From assembly GCF_009914755.1 (NCBI RefSeq), contig NC_060932.1: 64,000 nucleotides of DNA. One strand, written 5' to 3'. The notes beneath the pieces are model-generated. The model saw nothing but the letters and a program-made list of their open reading frames with translations. It did not search any database and was not told where the DNA came from. The first letter of the stretch is position 1; each line of letters starts with the position of its first letter. Source of the stretch: the human T2T-CHM13v2.0 reference genome, Homo sapiens. This document shows positions 13,601 through 26,999 of this stretch, one piece after another. The position numbers were made by a program, and so were the translations under genes.

Positions 13601-16299
13601 CCTGGACACGGTCCACTATTCATCATAATACCACAGCCCTGTTCATTCCCAGAGAGGAGAGTTAAAACCATGAAACCATATGTAGAATATTAAAAATCAT
13701 TTAACATTAAAATGCACATTATGAAGGCATGCACTTTGGACAAGGCTACAGTCCAAGAGCTCTGAGAAATCTCCAGTTCAGTAGATAATTGTTGTAAAGG
13801 TAAACTGAGTTATCTATATGTACCTACACATGCGGATGTTTGCACACAGGCGCATGCATGCACACACAGAGGGACTGTCATAGAAGCTTAGTCCTCATCT
13901 CTTCAATGCTGCCTTTCATCACTCTGTTTTCCTTACTGATTTCTGTAGTGAGGTCAATATCAATAATTGATGGAGCTATGATATCTAGAGCATCAGCACA
14001 TTAATTTATAATTAAAGATGAGAAATATCAGTTCTTCTCCCACCACCCATTATTTGGTATTAAAACATATATATACACATATATATTTAATACATAGCAG
14101 ATATTAAATTGTTTCTCAAGCAGAGTCAGTAACCTTACTATATTTTCATGGACTTTTCATTGCCACTGAATTAATCACAGCCCTGCCCCTAACCACATAG
14201 AACTTTATTTCCCAAAAGAGCAATGTTTACTTTGCTTTACTTTGTTGGAACTCAAAGTACCTATTCAGTCTATAACGATTTTGTGTAACATATTTTGTTA
14301 AGCAACATTAAAAGCGCTCACTCACAGATCTTGGTTAGACTGCTTTGCTTATATGCAGATTTGGGGTGCTTTTGATCTCATCTAGCTCACCAACAAGGGC
14401 AAGGCTGAGTCTAAATCCACTGTGCATGGAAATGCTAACGACTTTGGAGATTGAGAGTCCTCTATATTTTCTCAGTTGCCAAAAATAATATATGAAGTGA
14501 AAAGTGAATGTAGCAAACGTAAGCATGCACTCAGGGAGAAATCCTATCTGTCAACTTTCAGCAGGAGATGACAGACAGCAGAGATGGTACCAACTCAGAC
14601 TGACTGTGGGTAGTCTGATCCCTGCCATTCCAACTAAAGACAAAAGGGTGGACAACTGCTATGAAGGCCACCAGAAGACATTAGGGTCCCTTGCTGAAGG
14701 AGACATGCCTCACCCATGAACTCACTGTAGGGCCCTAGAGTCACCTCTTGAGGCAGTCACCACAGCTCTCCCACAGTGAAAGATGGGGAGGGCATTTACT
14801 AGAACAGTAAACAGCAGATTAAGTAGAGCAGAGTGAACCCCAACAATGTGTACCTGGCCGAGGGCAGCAAAGCTGCAATTTCCTCTGCCAGGGCATCAGC
14901 AAAGTGCGTCCTGCCCTCGGTTATCCTGACTGCAGTTGGCCCCTGCACTCTATGAACAAGGAATCTCTCACCCAACTGATCATTTGGGGCATAGGTTGCA
15001 ACAGTGCAAGGTGGGAGAAGTTGAAGAAAAAAAAGGACAGGTAACGTTCAGCCATCCAGCCAGAGGTATGCATTTGACCCAACTGCAGGCCAGGCTGGCT
15101 CCTTCTCAAAGGGCAAGAGGGCTTTTGCTCAAGGCCTGAGGCTTTAGAGACAAAGCATCTAAAGGCTTAGAGATGATCCATGGTTTTCCAAGTCAGGGAT
15201 GAGGCTGCCTAGGCTTTTGGAGATTTTGATTCATTCACCTGGCAATTTAAGAACAGGTGTATTTGGCATAAGTCGCTCAACCCTGCTCCTGAAGGAAGGA
15301 GGGGTGCAGTTGCAATGTATTGCAGGGCACTGCTTTTCTTCCCTTCTTTTCCCACACCATCCCAAGCCTGTTCCTAGAAGCTCCTGGGACTCAGAGGAAA
15401 TCACTTTCCGGACTCTACCCTCATCCACACCCTTGCAAACAGCAATAGCATATCTACTTAGGCAGAAAGAAACGGAACTGTAGATGCAAGAAGGTAAATG
15501 CAATCTGAGAGATTTGCTGTTAACTCCAAAGGGGCTTTATTCTATTACATAAAGTATAGGACAGAGGTTTCTGAACTGTCTTTATGAACAAGCCCGAGTT
15601 CTTTCTCAAAATCCTAATGAGACAATGCCTTGGCCCATCTCCTCTTTGAGTTCCTCAGAAAAGACTGAGCCTGATCTTCCTGCCTTCTGTTGCAAACCTT
15701 CTTGCCATCTGGGTGATAAGAGAGCCAGTAAAGCCAGGCAGCCTGCATACCTTTCTCTCCAAATCCAGATAGCCAGCATGCTGGGGTGTATGAGAAGGCA
15801 AGGAGAAATTCTCCAGACTAAGGTAACAAAGCTACAGCCACAACAAGCTGTGGTGCCCTTCCTGCCACATGGTTGGCCAGAGATTCTTTTCTATAGACTG
15901 TCACTAGAGGGCCTGCCCAGACACCATCCCTGAACATATATAAATCCTAGAGCCAATGTCAACAATGCATAGAAGTAACCCTGGAAAAGCTGCCATGGAT
16001 GCTGCTACAATAAACGGAGAGAAGGAAGCTAATGAATAAATTCATCATCAGAGATGATGGAATGAAATGCAGATGGGTCTATGTATTTGGGAAATCAAAA
16101 CTCCAACTAATGGTGCACACAGCATGTTGCTACAGGGGAACTAACATCGGGAGAGGCAGGAAAGGAAAAGATGAAATGTGTTTATTAAACCATTGCTAAG
16201 AACAGAGGCTAAGGCAAGAGCTTGAAAATCTGTAGCTAAGTTTTAGAAGATACAAAGAAAAACGGAGCTCTTTTTTGGGTAGAGAATTGGATCCATGTA

Positions 16300-16640
16300 C
16301 AGATGCTCCTCAACATACAATGGGGTTATATCCCAATAAATTCAATATAAATTGAAAATATCACAAATCAAAAATGCATTTAATACATCCAACCTAGTGA
16401 GCATCATAGCTTATTACTCTAAACTACCTTGAATGTGTACAGAACACTTACATTAGCCTATAGTTGGGCTAAATCATCTAACACAAAGCCTATGTTATAA
16501 TAAAGTGTTGAAAAGCTCATGTCATTTATTGAATACTGTACTGAAAGTGAAAAACAGCAAAGTTGTATGGGAACTTGTATAGTTTCTATTGAATGCATAT
16601 CACTTTCACACCATTGTCAAATCAAAAGATCATAAATCTA
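16300..16640 (+). mobile_element. MER47A (Tigger-derived non-autonomous DNA transposon)
   Basis: Begins TA|CAGATGCTCCTCAACATACAATGGGGTTA and contains AACACTTACATTAGCCTATAGTTGGGCTAAATCATCTAACACAAAGCC and TACTGTACTGAAAGTGAAAAACAG. Confidence 0.85.
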
Positions 16641-16714
16641 TGTGTGTTGGGGGCAAGGGTGAGGATGCATTGAAGGACTAGTTTCCTTACTCTGTCTCCA
16701 TGAATGCAGCAAAG

Positions 16715-16920
16715 AGTAGCAATTCAGACTGCAGCTCTGGAGTTGTGATGCCTAGGTTTGAGTTTATGTTCCTCCACTTAAAACTGGGGCAAATTTCTTA
16801 ATCTCTCAGCCTCAGGACACTCACACGTAAAACAAGGGTAAGAATAGAACCTGCCAAATAGGAGTGTCATTGAGAAGATTAAATGAGGTTTCCAGTAGCC
16901 AGGTAAAGCACTTACTATAG
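16715..16920 (+). mobile_element. MIR SINE
   Basis: GGGCAAATTTCTTAATCTCTCAGCCTCAG...GAAGATTAAATGAG...GTAAAGCACTTA matches the MIR core. Confidence 0.75.
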
Positions 16921-17138
16921 TATGTATACTTACAGAATATATACACACAATATGTACTCAAGAGTTTGTAGATGCATACAATATGCACTTACAGTATGCA
17001 GCTTACCTGAAAGAATCAGCAGAAAAACTTTTTAAATGTCCCCAAAGTATAGGCTGTAGTCAGTATTTTTTTCTGCACATAGGTGGGCTATTTAATGAAG
17101 GACAGGACACTTCACAGCTACTTAATCTCGGTGAATCA

Positions 17139-18019
17139 TGATCGAGCAATTCCATTTGTGGATATCTATCTCCCCAGAAGAACTGGAAGCAGGGTTTGAA
17201 GAGTAATTTGTACAATGTTCAAAGCAGTGCGATTCACCATTGCCAAATGGTAGAAGCAACCTGAAGTGTCCATCAACAGATGAAAGGATAGAAAAATATG
17301 GTATAACCATATACTGGAATAGTATTCAGCCTTAAAAATGAAGGAAATTCTGACATACGCTACAACATGGATAAGCCTTGAGGACATTATGCTGAGTGAA
17401 ATAAACCAGTTATGAACGAATATTGTATAATCCCACTCACATGAGGTTCATAGAGCAGTCAAATTCATAGACACAGAAAGCAGAATGGTGGTTGCCAGTA
17501 GCTGGGGGGAGGGGAAAATGGGAGTTGTTGTTTAATGGGTACAGATTGTTTGTTTGCTTCAGATGGATTCTCACTTTGTTGCCCAGGATGGAGTGCTGTG
17601 GCATGATCTCAGCTCACTGCAACCTCCACCCCCCTGGGTTCAAGTGATTTTCTTGCCTCAGCCTCCCAGCAGCTGGGATTACAGGCATACACCACCACAC
17701 CTAATTTTTGTATTTTTAGTAGAGACGGGGTTTCACTGTGTTGGCCAGGCTGGTCTTGAAGTCCTGACCTCAAGTGATATGCCCGCCTAGGCCTCCCCAA
17801 GTGTTGGGATGACAGGCACGAGCCACCGTGCCCCGCAGAGTGTCAGTTTTCTAAGATGAAAGTTCTGAGGCTGGATGATGGTGATGGCTGCACAATAATG
17901 TACTTAGCACTACTGAACTGCACACTTAAAGATGGTTAAGGTGGTAAGTGTATTTTACCACAAATAATTTTTTTAAAAAACTTAAAATGGTAAAAAAAAA
18001 TTTTGATTGAAAAAAAAAA
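17139..18019 (+). mobile_element. 5'-truncated L1MB-type LINE 3' end with A-rich tail and target-site duplication, interrupted by an Alu
   Basis: Contains AAGGAAATTCTGACATACGCTACAACATGGATAAGCCTTGAGGACATTATGCT and CACTACTGAACTGCACACTTAAAGATGGTTAAG; flanked by AATCTCRGTGAATCA at 17124-17138 and 18021-18035. Confidence 0.9.
17546..17835 (-). mobile_element. AluS inserted in the L1MB fragment
   Basis: Full antisense Alu; L1 sequence resumes on both sides. Confidence 0.93.
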
Positions 18020-18721
18020 GAATCTCAGTGAATCACACAATCAGAAAGTCCCCTTCAAATGGAGATTAATGGTAATTGATCTCTGGATTCTCTCCCCCAT
18101 ATTGGAGACACCTTTTCTTAAGACATCTCAAAGTGAAACCCCGAAGGAGGAATTGTCTAAGAAGATTTAGGTTCAGTTCTGTGTAATGACAAACTCCATC
18201 AATGAGAGTTAACAAATTCCTCTCTGTCCCATTCATGAATTCCTTCCTTGGTGTCTAAAACTGGCTCCATTTCTTGCGCAAAGCCTAGGAATCAGGAATA
18301 AAGAATTCATCAAGCCCTGAGAGCTAGAAAGGGAAGCTGAGATCAATCACCTGTTTCAGAAAATAGAAGATAATCGAGACTCTTGTCTCCAGGTTTCTCC
18401 TGTGCTTTTGAGAACAGGAGTAAAGGCCTGCTGACGCTTCTGAGTTCCTCCAGGTCTGGACTCCCTCCTGGGAGACAGGAAGTGCAGTACCCACATCCAT
18501 GGAGCACCTATCCCGGGAGGACACTTTCTAAACTGAGATGGTAACAGGGCAAAGAGTGTGTTCAATGAGAGCGTGTTTACTTCACTAGAGCCCATCTTAG
18601 GGCATAGTAAATTTATCGTTGTATTATTTGGAATTTCCTTCTCACTCATGAGTCTCCTTTGAGGCAGGGTTGTTCAAGGCTCAGGTTTGGGGACAGATGG
18701 ATCCAGGCACCAGTTTCCTTA

Positions 18722-18846
18722 TCACCCAGGCTGGAGGGCAGTGGCGCGATCACAGCTCACTGCAGCTTTGAACTCCTGGGCTCAAGCAACCCTCCCACTT
18801 CAGCCTCCTGAGTAACTGAGACTACAGGCACATGCCACCGTGCCTG
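18722..18846 (-). mobile_element. AluJ right-arm fragment (local copy of 19850-19974) embedded in a MIR
   Basis: 122/125 identical to part of the neighbouring AluJ. MIR-like sequence lies on both sides (CAGTTTCCTT before; GCTTAGCACAGTGCCTGATGCATG after). Confidence 0.9.
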
Positions 18847-19801
18847 ACAGCAATATCTGTTTCTTGGGGTTGTGGTGAAAAGTCAAAGGGGCGATGTGTA
18901 AGGCAGGCTTAGCACAGTGCCTGATGCATGGCAAATGTTAGCCAATATTATTTACTATCCTCACCACAGAGTTTTGGAACAGATTTTATGACCTTCATAT
19001 TATCAAGAGGAAAGGGCCACCCAGAGAAGCAAGTGACTTGGTTAGGGTAATGCAGTCTCTCTATGTCGTTCCCTCTGCTGGATCTATTCTTTCTAGTCTG
19101 CTTAGAAAGAGAAGCATCCTTCTGACCCAGAGAGGCAGTTGCAGAGGGCTGCAGCCAGGCAGGGCTGACCACAGGCTCTGGTTTCCAGATGAACCAGGAT
19201 GCTGCTCCAGATTGCTTGCTGACATCCCCATCCTAGGCTGGTACCAAAGCGTAAGTGAAAGTCTGTCCCCTGCTCTTCCATTCGCTTCGACAGGAGCCTT
19301 CATCTGCTCCACCTTCTGGGAGCATGTGTCGGTCTCGGAGCCTGGCGCTGAAGCAGGTGCGGGCATATTTTAAGCTCCAGCAAATAACTTTAATTGAGCT
19401 CTCCTTAGACATATGAACCCACAGAGCAATTTTTTTTCCTCTTCTAATAAAAAAAGACCCACAACAAACCAGATGGGTCTCAGTCCCTCCCCAACACCCC
19501 CTCCCCACTCTTCAGGCTCCCCTAATAAATCTCTTAACTCTAAAGAAATTACCTTCCTTGAAGTGGGTATGTTATTCGGTTGCATGACTGTACCCAAGCT
19601 GCCTCTGCGGGCCAGAATGTGGGTCAGAAGGATGCAGCCTGCAGAAATGAGGCCTGCTGGTTCTGGCCAGGTTGGTGCTTGCATTATTGCTTGTCCATAA
19701 CTTTCTATCACCCCTTACTTCCCTGTGCCTGCTCCCCTCATGCTGGGTCACTCACTGCTGCTGTTCTTCTCCCTTTATGTTCTGGTATCTGCAACCTCCA
19801 C

Positions 19802-20184
<383 letters not shown>

Positions 20185-20299
20185 TAATGTGGAAAAATCT
20201 AGATGGAATTCCTCCCACCAAAAGCCAGCTTAACTCCTTGGCAGCGTGTCCAGAAAGAGTGATGAAAAAATAAGCCAATACCTCCTGTCACCAAAATAA

Positions 20300-21260
20300 A
20301 GTTCAGAGACATCGTGGGCAACAGAGTTCAGTCTCATTTTGCAGATCCGTGTTCTCTTTAATGCCCCGTATGAAGGTGGCAGCGGGAACAAGAGGGAAAC
20401 ACTACAGTGTGACTGGATTCCAGACCCCGCCCCCGAAAAAAAGACCTCAAGAATTGCCCAGGGCAAGAGCCAAGCACCGCGCTCTGGGTTCTGATTTATG
20501 AGCGCTAAATTATTGGTAGGAGGGCCCAGAAGGAGTCGTTTACAACAGAAATTATTGCAGGCAAATGTTGGTTGGTATTTTAAATCACTCACTAATATTG
20601 ATAGGTTAATGCTTGTCACACTTGCTTAAGGGTCACAGGGAAGAAAAAAAAACACAAAACTTTATCTTTGGCTTGTTACTGGCTAAGTATAATGATAGAT
20701 ACACCTTTTTGTGTTTTTTTTTCCTCGAGCTAAGCCTGCTGTATTATTTATGGTTTTCTGAGTCACTGGCTATAGCCTGCATCTGGATTTTAAAAGGTTG
20801 ATTTGCAAAAAAACAAAAATAGGGCACCCGTCTAGGGAGGCTGGTGGGAGTCTGCTCTACAGCTCGAGCGGCCCCTCCAAGAACCCTGGGCTGCAAGGCT
20901 GGGCGCCTCAGGCGGCCAGGGCCAGATGGCCAGGGCGCATTGTTCCCCTTTCGGTGGTAGTCCTGCTGCGGCAAATAAAGTTAAATCAAAAGGTTAGTGC
21001 TCTGCAAGGGGGTGGCAGAGCTGGCTCCAGCTGACAAGAGACAAGCATCCTGGACAGAGAGTGGGGACTACGTGGCTGTTCCCCGGAATGCAAAGGGAAG
21101 AGAGCTAGGGTGCAGAAATCAACAGAGAGGAGCATGCTGACCTGGAGCGGGGCTCTCCAGGCCTCACGTCAGACAGGCTCTCCCTGACAACAGCAATCAC
21201 GGATCACAAGGTCCCCTCCTTCGTAGACCCCGAGGGAGCCAACAATTACAATCTTGGTCC
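20300..21260. promoter_or_regulatory. CpG-enriched candidate regulatory segment
   Basis: Local CpG enrichment, a GC box CCCCGCCCCC at ~20425 and a CRE-like CACGTCA at ~21165; no interspersed repeat recognised. Confidence 0.35.
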
Positions 21261-21539
21261 ACCCATGACTAGGGATTGAGGGAGGCACCATCCCTCACCT
21301 TGGGTCTGAGATGGGAAGAGCTGCCTCAGACTTCCTTCAGCAAACAGCACCTTCCTTTGGGGGTGGCTTTGGGGTGGTATATTTTGGAGGGGGATGGGGT
21401 GTGGCTTGGGAGGATCAAATGACCCTCCCCTGTCATCAGTGGAAGCAAAGTTTAGAATCTGGATGGGCAGCGTAGGATTACTTCTAATGGGCACATAACA
21501 GCTTTTAAGCCTGACACAAAATCCTTGGATTATTTCATA

Positions 21540-21690
21540 GACTGTCAGAGCAAAAAAAGGATTTAAGAGACTATGGAAACCCCTGCCTCATTTTACAGAC
21601 CAACAAAAGGGAGTCCAGAGAGGAAAAGTGATTTGCTGAGGGTCACACAGGAAGATGAGGAAGCCGGGACCCACGCCCAATGTTCCCGGG
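21540..21690 (-). mobile_element. MIR fragment
   Basis: CCTCATTTTACAGA...CCAGAGAGGAAAAGTGATTTGCTGAGGGTCACACAG. Confidence 0.7.
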
Positions 21691-22644
21691 CACTGTGCCC
21701 CAAGCTCAAAGTATACATGAGGGCGATGGTGGCCGAGTGGGCCACGATGTGTAAAATCACAGGCAATATAAGCCGTATTTCAAAGACTAGGGGAGACGAT
21801 ATTTCATATGAAAACTAGCAGGTACAATATGCAATACAATGCAGTTTGGCTTTTTTTTTTTTTTTTTGAAAATCACCTTTTTCATAAAGCACATTTGAAC
21901 TTGCCTTACATTTCAAAATAAGTCCCTCTCTCCCCAACTCCCACCCACCCTTGTCCCACTCCAAGAGCGGGAGCTTTGGTTTCCTCTGCAGGTTCTACCC
22001 TGGGCTCTAGCTGGACTGCACATTTTTGTATTCCTTTTTCATTGAGTTTCCAAAGCACAGTATTTACCCAGGAGGCCTGCAGTTTCCAGGGTATGGAACA
22101 CAATTAGGTGACCTGCAAAGTGTTTTTTATTTACCTGAGAGAACCAGGCTGTCCTTAGGTGCCAACTGGTCTCTCAGGTAAATATGAACTTGGGCAGACT
22201 TAAAAAAATAAAAATAAAAAGCTAACATTAAGATATGTATTGAGGGATTTTTAAACTCTGATTCCATCCTTTTAGCTAGATACCTTTCTTTCCCCTGCCC
22301 AGCCTCATTCCCCTAAACAGAATATTACTGAAGCCATTTCAGTGCCTTTGATCCTGTTCTAATCTGGATCATATTTACAGGGCAGATCTTCTGTTTCCTA
22401 CCACACTGGACTGGCTTGAATGCACAGTTAAGCAATATTTTTGACTTCCCTTTGAAAATTTAGGAGGAGGTGATATTTCCAAAGGTGTGCAAAACCAGCG
22501 ATGAAGCAAACTTAACTTTTTAAAAATGCAAACTACATTTTAATAAAAGTTAACTTAAAAGAAAACAAACAACTCTCAAATCACATTTCCATCCTCAAAT
22601 CTGTCTGCTTTGTTAGATTGTTTTTCCCCCTTGAAGCTAGTCTG

Positions 22645-22957
<313 letters not shown>

Positions 22958-23099
22958 TAAGCTTTTCATTTCTATTAGAAAACCTATAGGGCTTTCTGCT
23001 CATTTCCAGAAAATGTGAGGTCTGAGCACCACATCTCTATGAGAATTCCAAATGGAAACAATGCAAAAGATTTTACAGTTCTTACCAAACACGCAAATT

Positions 23100-23250
23100 T
23101 TAGAGTAGGAAGAGGCAGGTGAGATCATGTTGTCTGACTCTGATTTTACGGATGAGCTCACTAAGCACCAAGGGGAAGTGGCACAGGTCACAGATGGAGT
23201 GGGCAAAACCAGACCAGGCTCCAGGACCCAAGACTCCTCACCTGGTGCTC
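23100..23250 (-). mobile_element. MIR fragment
   Basis: ATTTTACGGATGAG...AGGTCACAG...ACCCAAGACTCCT. Confidence 0.6.
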
Positions 23251-23969
23251 TTGCCAGCATCTCCCACTGACTTCCTGTCATCCCACTGCTGATTTGAGCA
23301 ACGAGTGAGTTCATCCTGCTGGCCTGACCATCTCCAGAAAGTAAGAGTAAATGAAAGATTTGATCCAAGTACACTGTATCTCCTTGTGCTGACTATAGCT
23401 GAAACAATTGCTGGAGAAGTATCCCAGTTATCAAAGTGAAAACTTCTATCCTTTTACCTGATTGGGAAAAGCTGATTTAGCTATCAATTAGTGCCTAGAG
23501 CCAGAAAACTTGATAAAATCTTAGTTTGAACTTTTAATGTGGTGTGGACTAAACAAAAAACTGAGTTAGAATTTTGCTCTTCAATTAAGTGATTTAAAAT
23601 ATATTTTAGTTAGTATTTTAAAAACTATTTCTGACAATATACAAATATAGTAACAATAAAGACACTGGAACTTGGACGGCAAAATAATTATGAGTCCCTG
23701 CTTTCCTTCCTGCCAAACTCCCCCTGCCCCCCCATCCTACTGTAGCCAAAAAAATACAGTTTTCCAAGAACTGCATTTTTCTGACATCCTGTGCATTTTG
23801 AGATCCGGGGAGACTTCCCATTTTCCACACTCAGCACTTTGAGGGCCATCAGGGTCGAAGCACCAGTATTCCCAGCAGATCCCTGATAGCTCATCCAGAA
23901 CAATCAAGCTACCGGCTGCCCCGCCCCTCTTGTTACTAAGCTGACATCAATTTCTCAAATAAGCATTAC

Positions 23970-24198
23970 CTTCAGTGGTGGTGGTGTTTCTACCAGAGAA
24001 ACAAAGCAAAGAGATTAATCAGAGACCACAAAGTTAAAGCAGTTGCAACCTCGGCTCGAAATCCCACTCCTAAAACACCATACACCCAAGTCAGAAAAAA
24101 TAAAATGAAACTTCACATCCTGGCCTCAGAAGCGCCTGTTAACCCAGGAACTACTGCGCTGAAAATCACATCCTCTGCTCAGCCCGGGTGAGCAGGGA
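23970..24198 (-). other. Candidate (probably non-coding) exon: donor after 23970 with alternative acceptors at 23989 (20 nt) or 24198 (229 nt)
   Basis: On the minus strand the donor is GAAG|gtaatg and the acceptors are ctctttgctttgtttctctggtag| and tttctttcattttcccctgtag|. Confidence 0.4.
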
Positions 24199-26999
24199 CT
24201 ACAGGGGAAAATGAAAGAAACGATACATGTTTCAAATTTTACAGCAGTTTAACATCATGCAAAACTGAAAAGGCCTTGGAGGTTTCATTCTCGATGAAGT
24301 TTAGTTGGTACAGAATCAACTGTCTCAGTAAAACACACCACAGGCACATAATGTAATGTAGACAGACACTGAAAGCAATATCAGATTCCTTTCTTATCAC
24401 TTCTTCAGGATAAAATTCAGATGTACATTTTTCCCGGTTAAATAGTGCGACAGGATTAAGTAGACAGCTAAGCCTTTATAAGTTGAATAATATGCTTTGC
24501 AGGTTATTAATATGCTGATCATATACGCTGGCTTTATTAAATGAAATATTTGAAATGTACAGAGCCTGATTTCATTTTCAGTTTTAAAAACTGTGCTATA
24601 GGAAATATTTTTGTATAAACAAGATTCTAAGAGTCTTTCATCTTTTGCTTGCCTAACCCAAACCTGCAGGATTATGTTAAATGAGTATTTATGTTCCCAA
24701 GCAACATTTTAAAAAGTTTTATTTTCATTTCTACAGTAACTCTACAGTATCCTGAGAGGTAAAAATTGACACAGTGCACACGATTACTGGGGAGGGTTAA
24801 TAGGCAGAAAATTATCCCAGAATCTGAAAATTCTGTTTCAGCAAAGCTGATAACTGGTGATTTCAGATTTGAATTTGAGCAGCTGCCAAAGAAAAGTTAA
24901 AAATTACATCTAAAGGATGAACAGCTGTGGTCCAAACTATGCTGCAATCTTAATCTTTATGAACTTCTTCGATAGGATTCAAACCAAAGCCAGAAACGTC
25001 CACAGAGATCCCTTCTGTAGAGTCAGATTTACTCATGTTCTTAGTTTGGGGTCTTCTTTAAAATAAAATAATAATAAATTCAATTACTATGAAAACCCTC
25101 CTCCAATGAAAATTAAAAATTCAACTCTCTTGCATCATGCTTTTTATGAAGATGAATTAAAATGTCTTCATCGCTTTTCATAGATGTGGTTGAAATTATT
25201 AAATTATTATTGAATCTAGGTCTTGAAACCACTTGCAGTCTTTTTCCATGTTCTTTCACATGCTGTAATGGAGATCCGTAAAATTTTGCCAATTTGGAAA
25301 CAGGTCCAATAGATGGTTATTAAGCACTGCTCGACTATTAAGCTTTCTAACTTCCATAATATTTTGTAGTCCCCTATAGAACCCAAACTACCATTCACCG
25401 TCTTTAGAGTCACTCGTAACATTCTGGGCAAATCCTTAGGAAAATGACACAGAGTTGGGCTGAGCTGCCAAGACACAGTATATTTCGACTGAGGACTAAT
25501 AATATTTGGAAATGATTTCCTGTATTTCTTCTTTACTTATTTGTTAATCTGATATAGTTTCCAGAGTTTGCAATGCTCATGCCTTTTGTATTCTAAAGAG
25601 ATGAGGGGCTTTCTTAAAAACAAAACAAAACAAAAATCTTCTTTCTCTAGCCTGATTCTCACTTAATGCTGAAGGTCTTTTAAACCTTCTAAGTAAACAT
25701 AAATGTGTATACATTAGGGTTGCTTGTGTTGGAAGAAGACAAAAATAAAGATTGGCCTTTTCCCGGTAAACATGGACTCTTAAGCCTCTAAATGATTTGC
25801 CAAACAGAATCGGATAATAAAGGGTTTAAACTTTGCCACTTTGGGGTTAATGTGAAAGGCTTGTCAACATCAGACTGTTTAGACATTAAAAGGAACGCTC
25901 TGTGCACCTCCTTTTAAACTCCATGTTCTCTTGAGTTGCAGCTCCCAGTGAATTTACCCAGCTGTAAGTGATTCCAGATGTGCAGCAGTGACAAGCTTCA
26001 GTCTCAGGGTACTTATTCATTTCACATTAAAATCTCATGTTCCCAGGTCTGAGCTGTTATCTGACTGAGATCTGATTAGGGAATACAGCAGAGGCATTTC
26101 CAAACCCAGAGCCTGCCCTCATTCCCTGGCACGGATCTCTGACTATCAGGCAGCTCTCTGCAAGGGAGAAGTGGCTCGGGGTACAGTGAAGGGCAGGGCG
26201 GGGTTTCAGAGCTGTCCCCTTAATACGTGCACATCGCATGCTCCCAGCGGGTCAGGTACTTCCCCACAGTTTATCTCATTTAATCCTGGACAGAGCAGTA
26301 GACACTTGAGCCCAGCTGAACCCAATTCCTCTATCAAACACGAGCTTCCTTCCCCCAGTTAAAGGGGGTAGGGCCTGTGATTTTGCACATTTTCTACACA
26401 GCACCCCACATGCAGAGGGGTGCTTGATAAATGCATGAGGAGTGATAATTGATTTTCCAAGCCACAAAACCCTCAATCTTCTCTCTCGCCCCCAGCTATG
26501 TTCTGACCACGATAGAAGAAGGTAAGTAGAAGAGCAAGAAGAGGAAGAAGAAGAGAAAGAAAGGAAGTCAGGAGCATGAAGAAAGCACCTTCTTCAAACA
26601 AGCTAGTTATGCCTTTGTTCCCGGACAAGGAAGTGGTGGTCCTCTCTGATCTCACCCCTAGCATGAACAGGGTTCATTCCAAGTCAGCTTTGACTTCCTT
26701 GCCCGAAGTGCACATGTACAAATGCTATTGGCTGACAGTTTCTTCTATGACACGTGTCAAAGACACATTTTCCTGGCTACAGAAATATAAGGTGAGTTGG
26801 GGACTGCAGACAGAGACTAAGATAACATGAGTACCTGAGGGAAGAAAGCAACGTCTGTGATGCCCACAGAAGGGGGATAAGTTAGGGATCATTATTATTT
26901 CATTATTTTCCCCTCTAGCCTGACTTTTGGTTTGACTTGAGCTTTACTGCAATTTTTTTTTCTTGACCCTATCCCGTTGTCACTTTGAAGAGGGAGATA

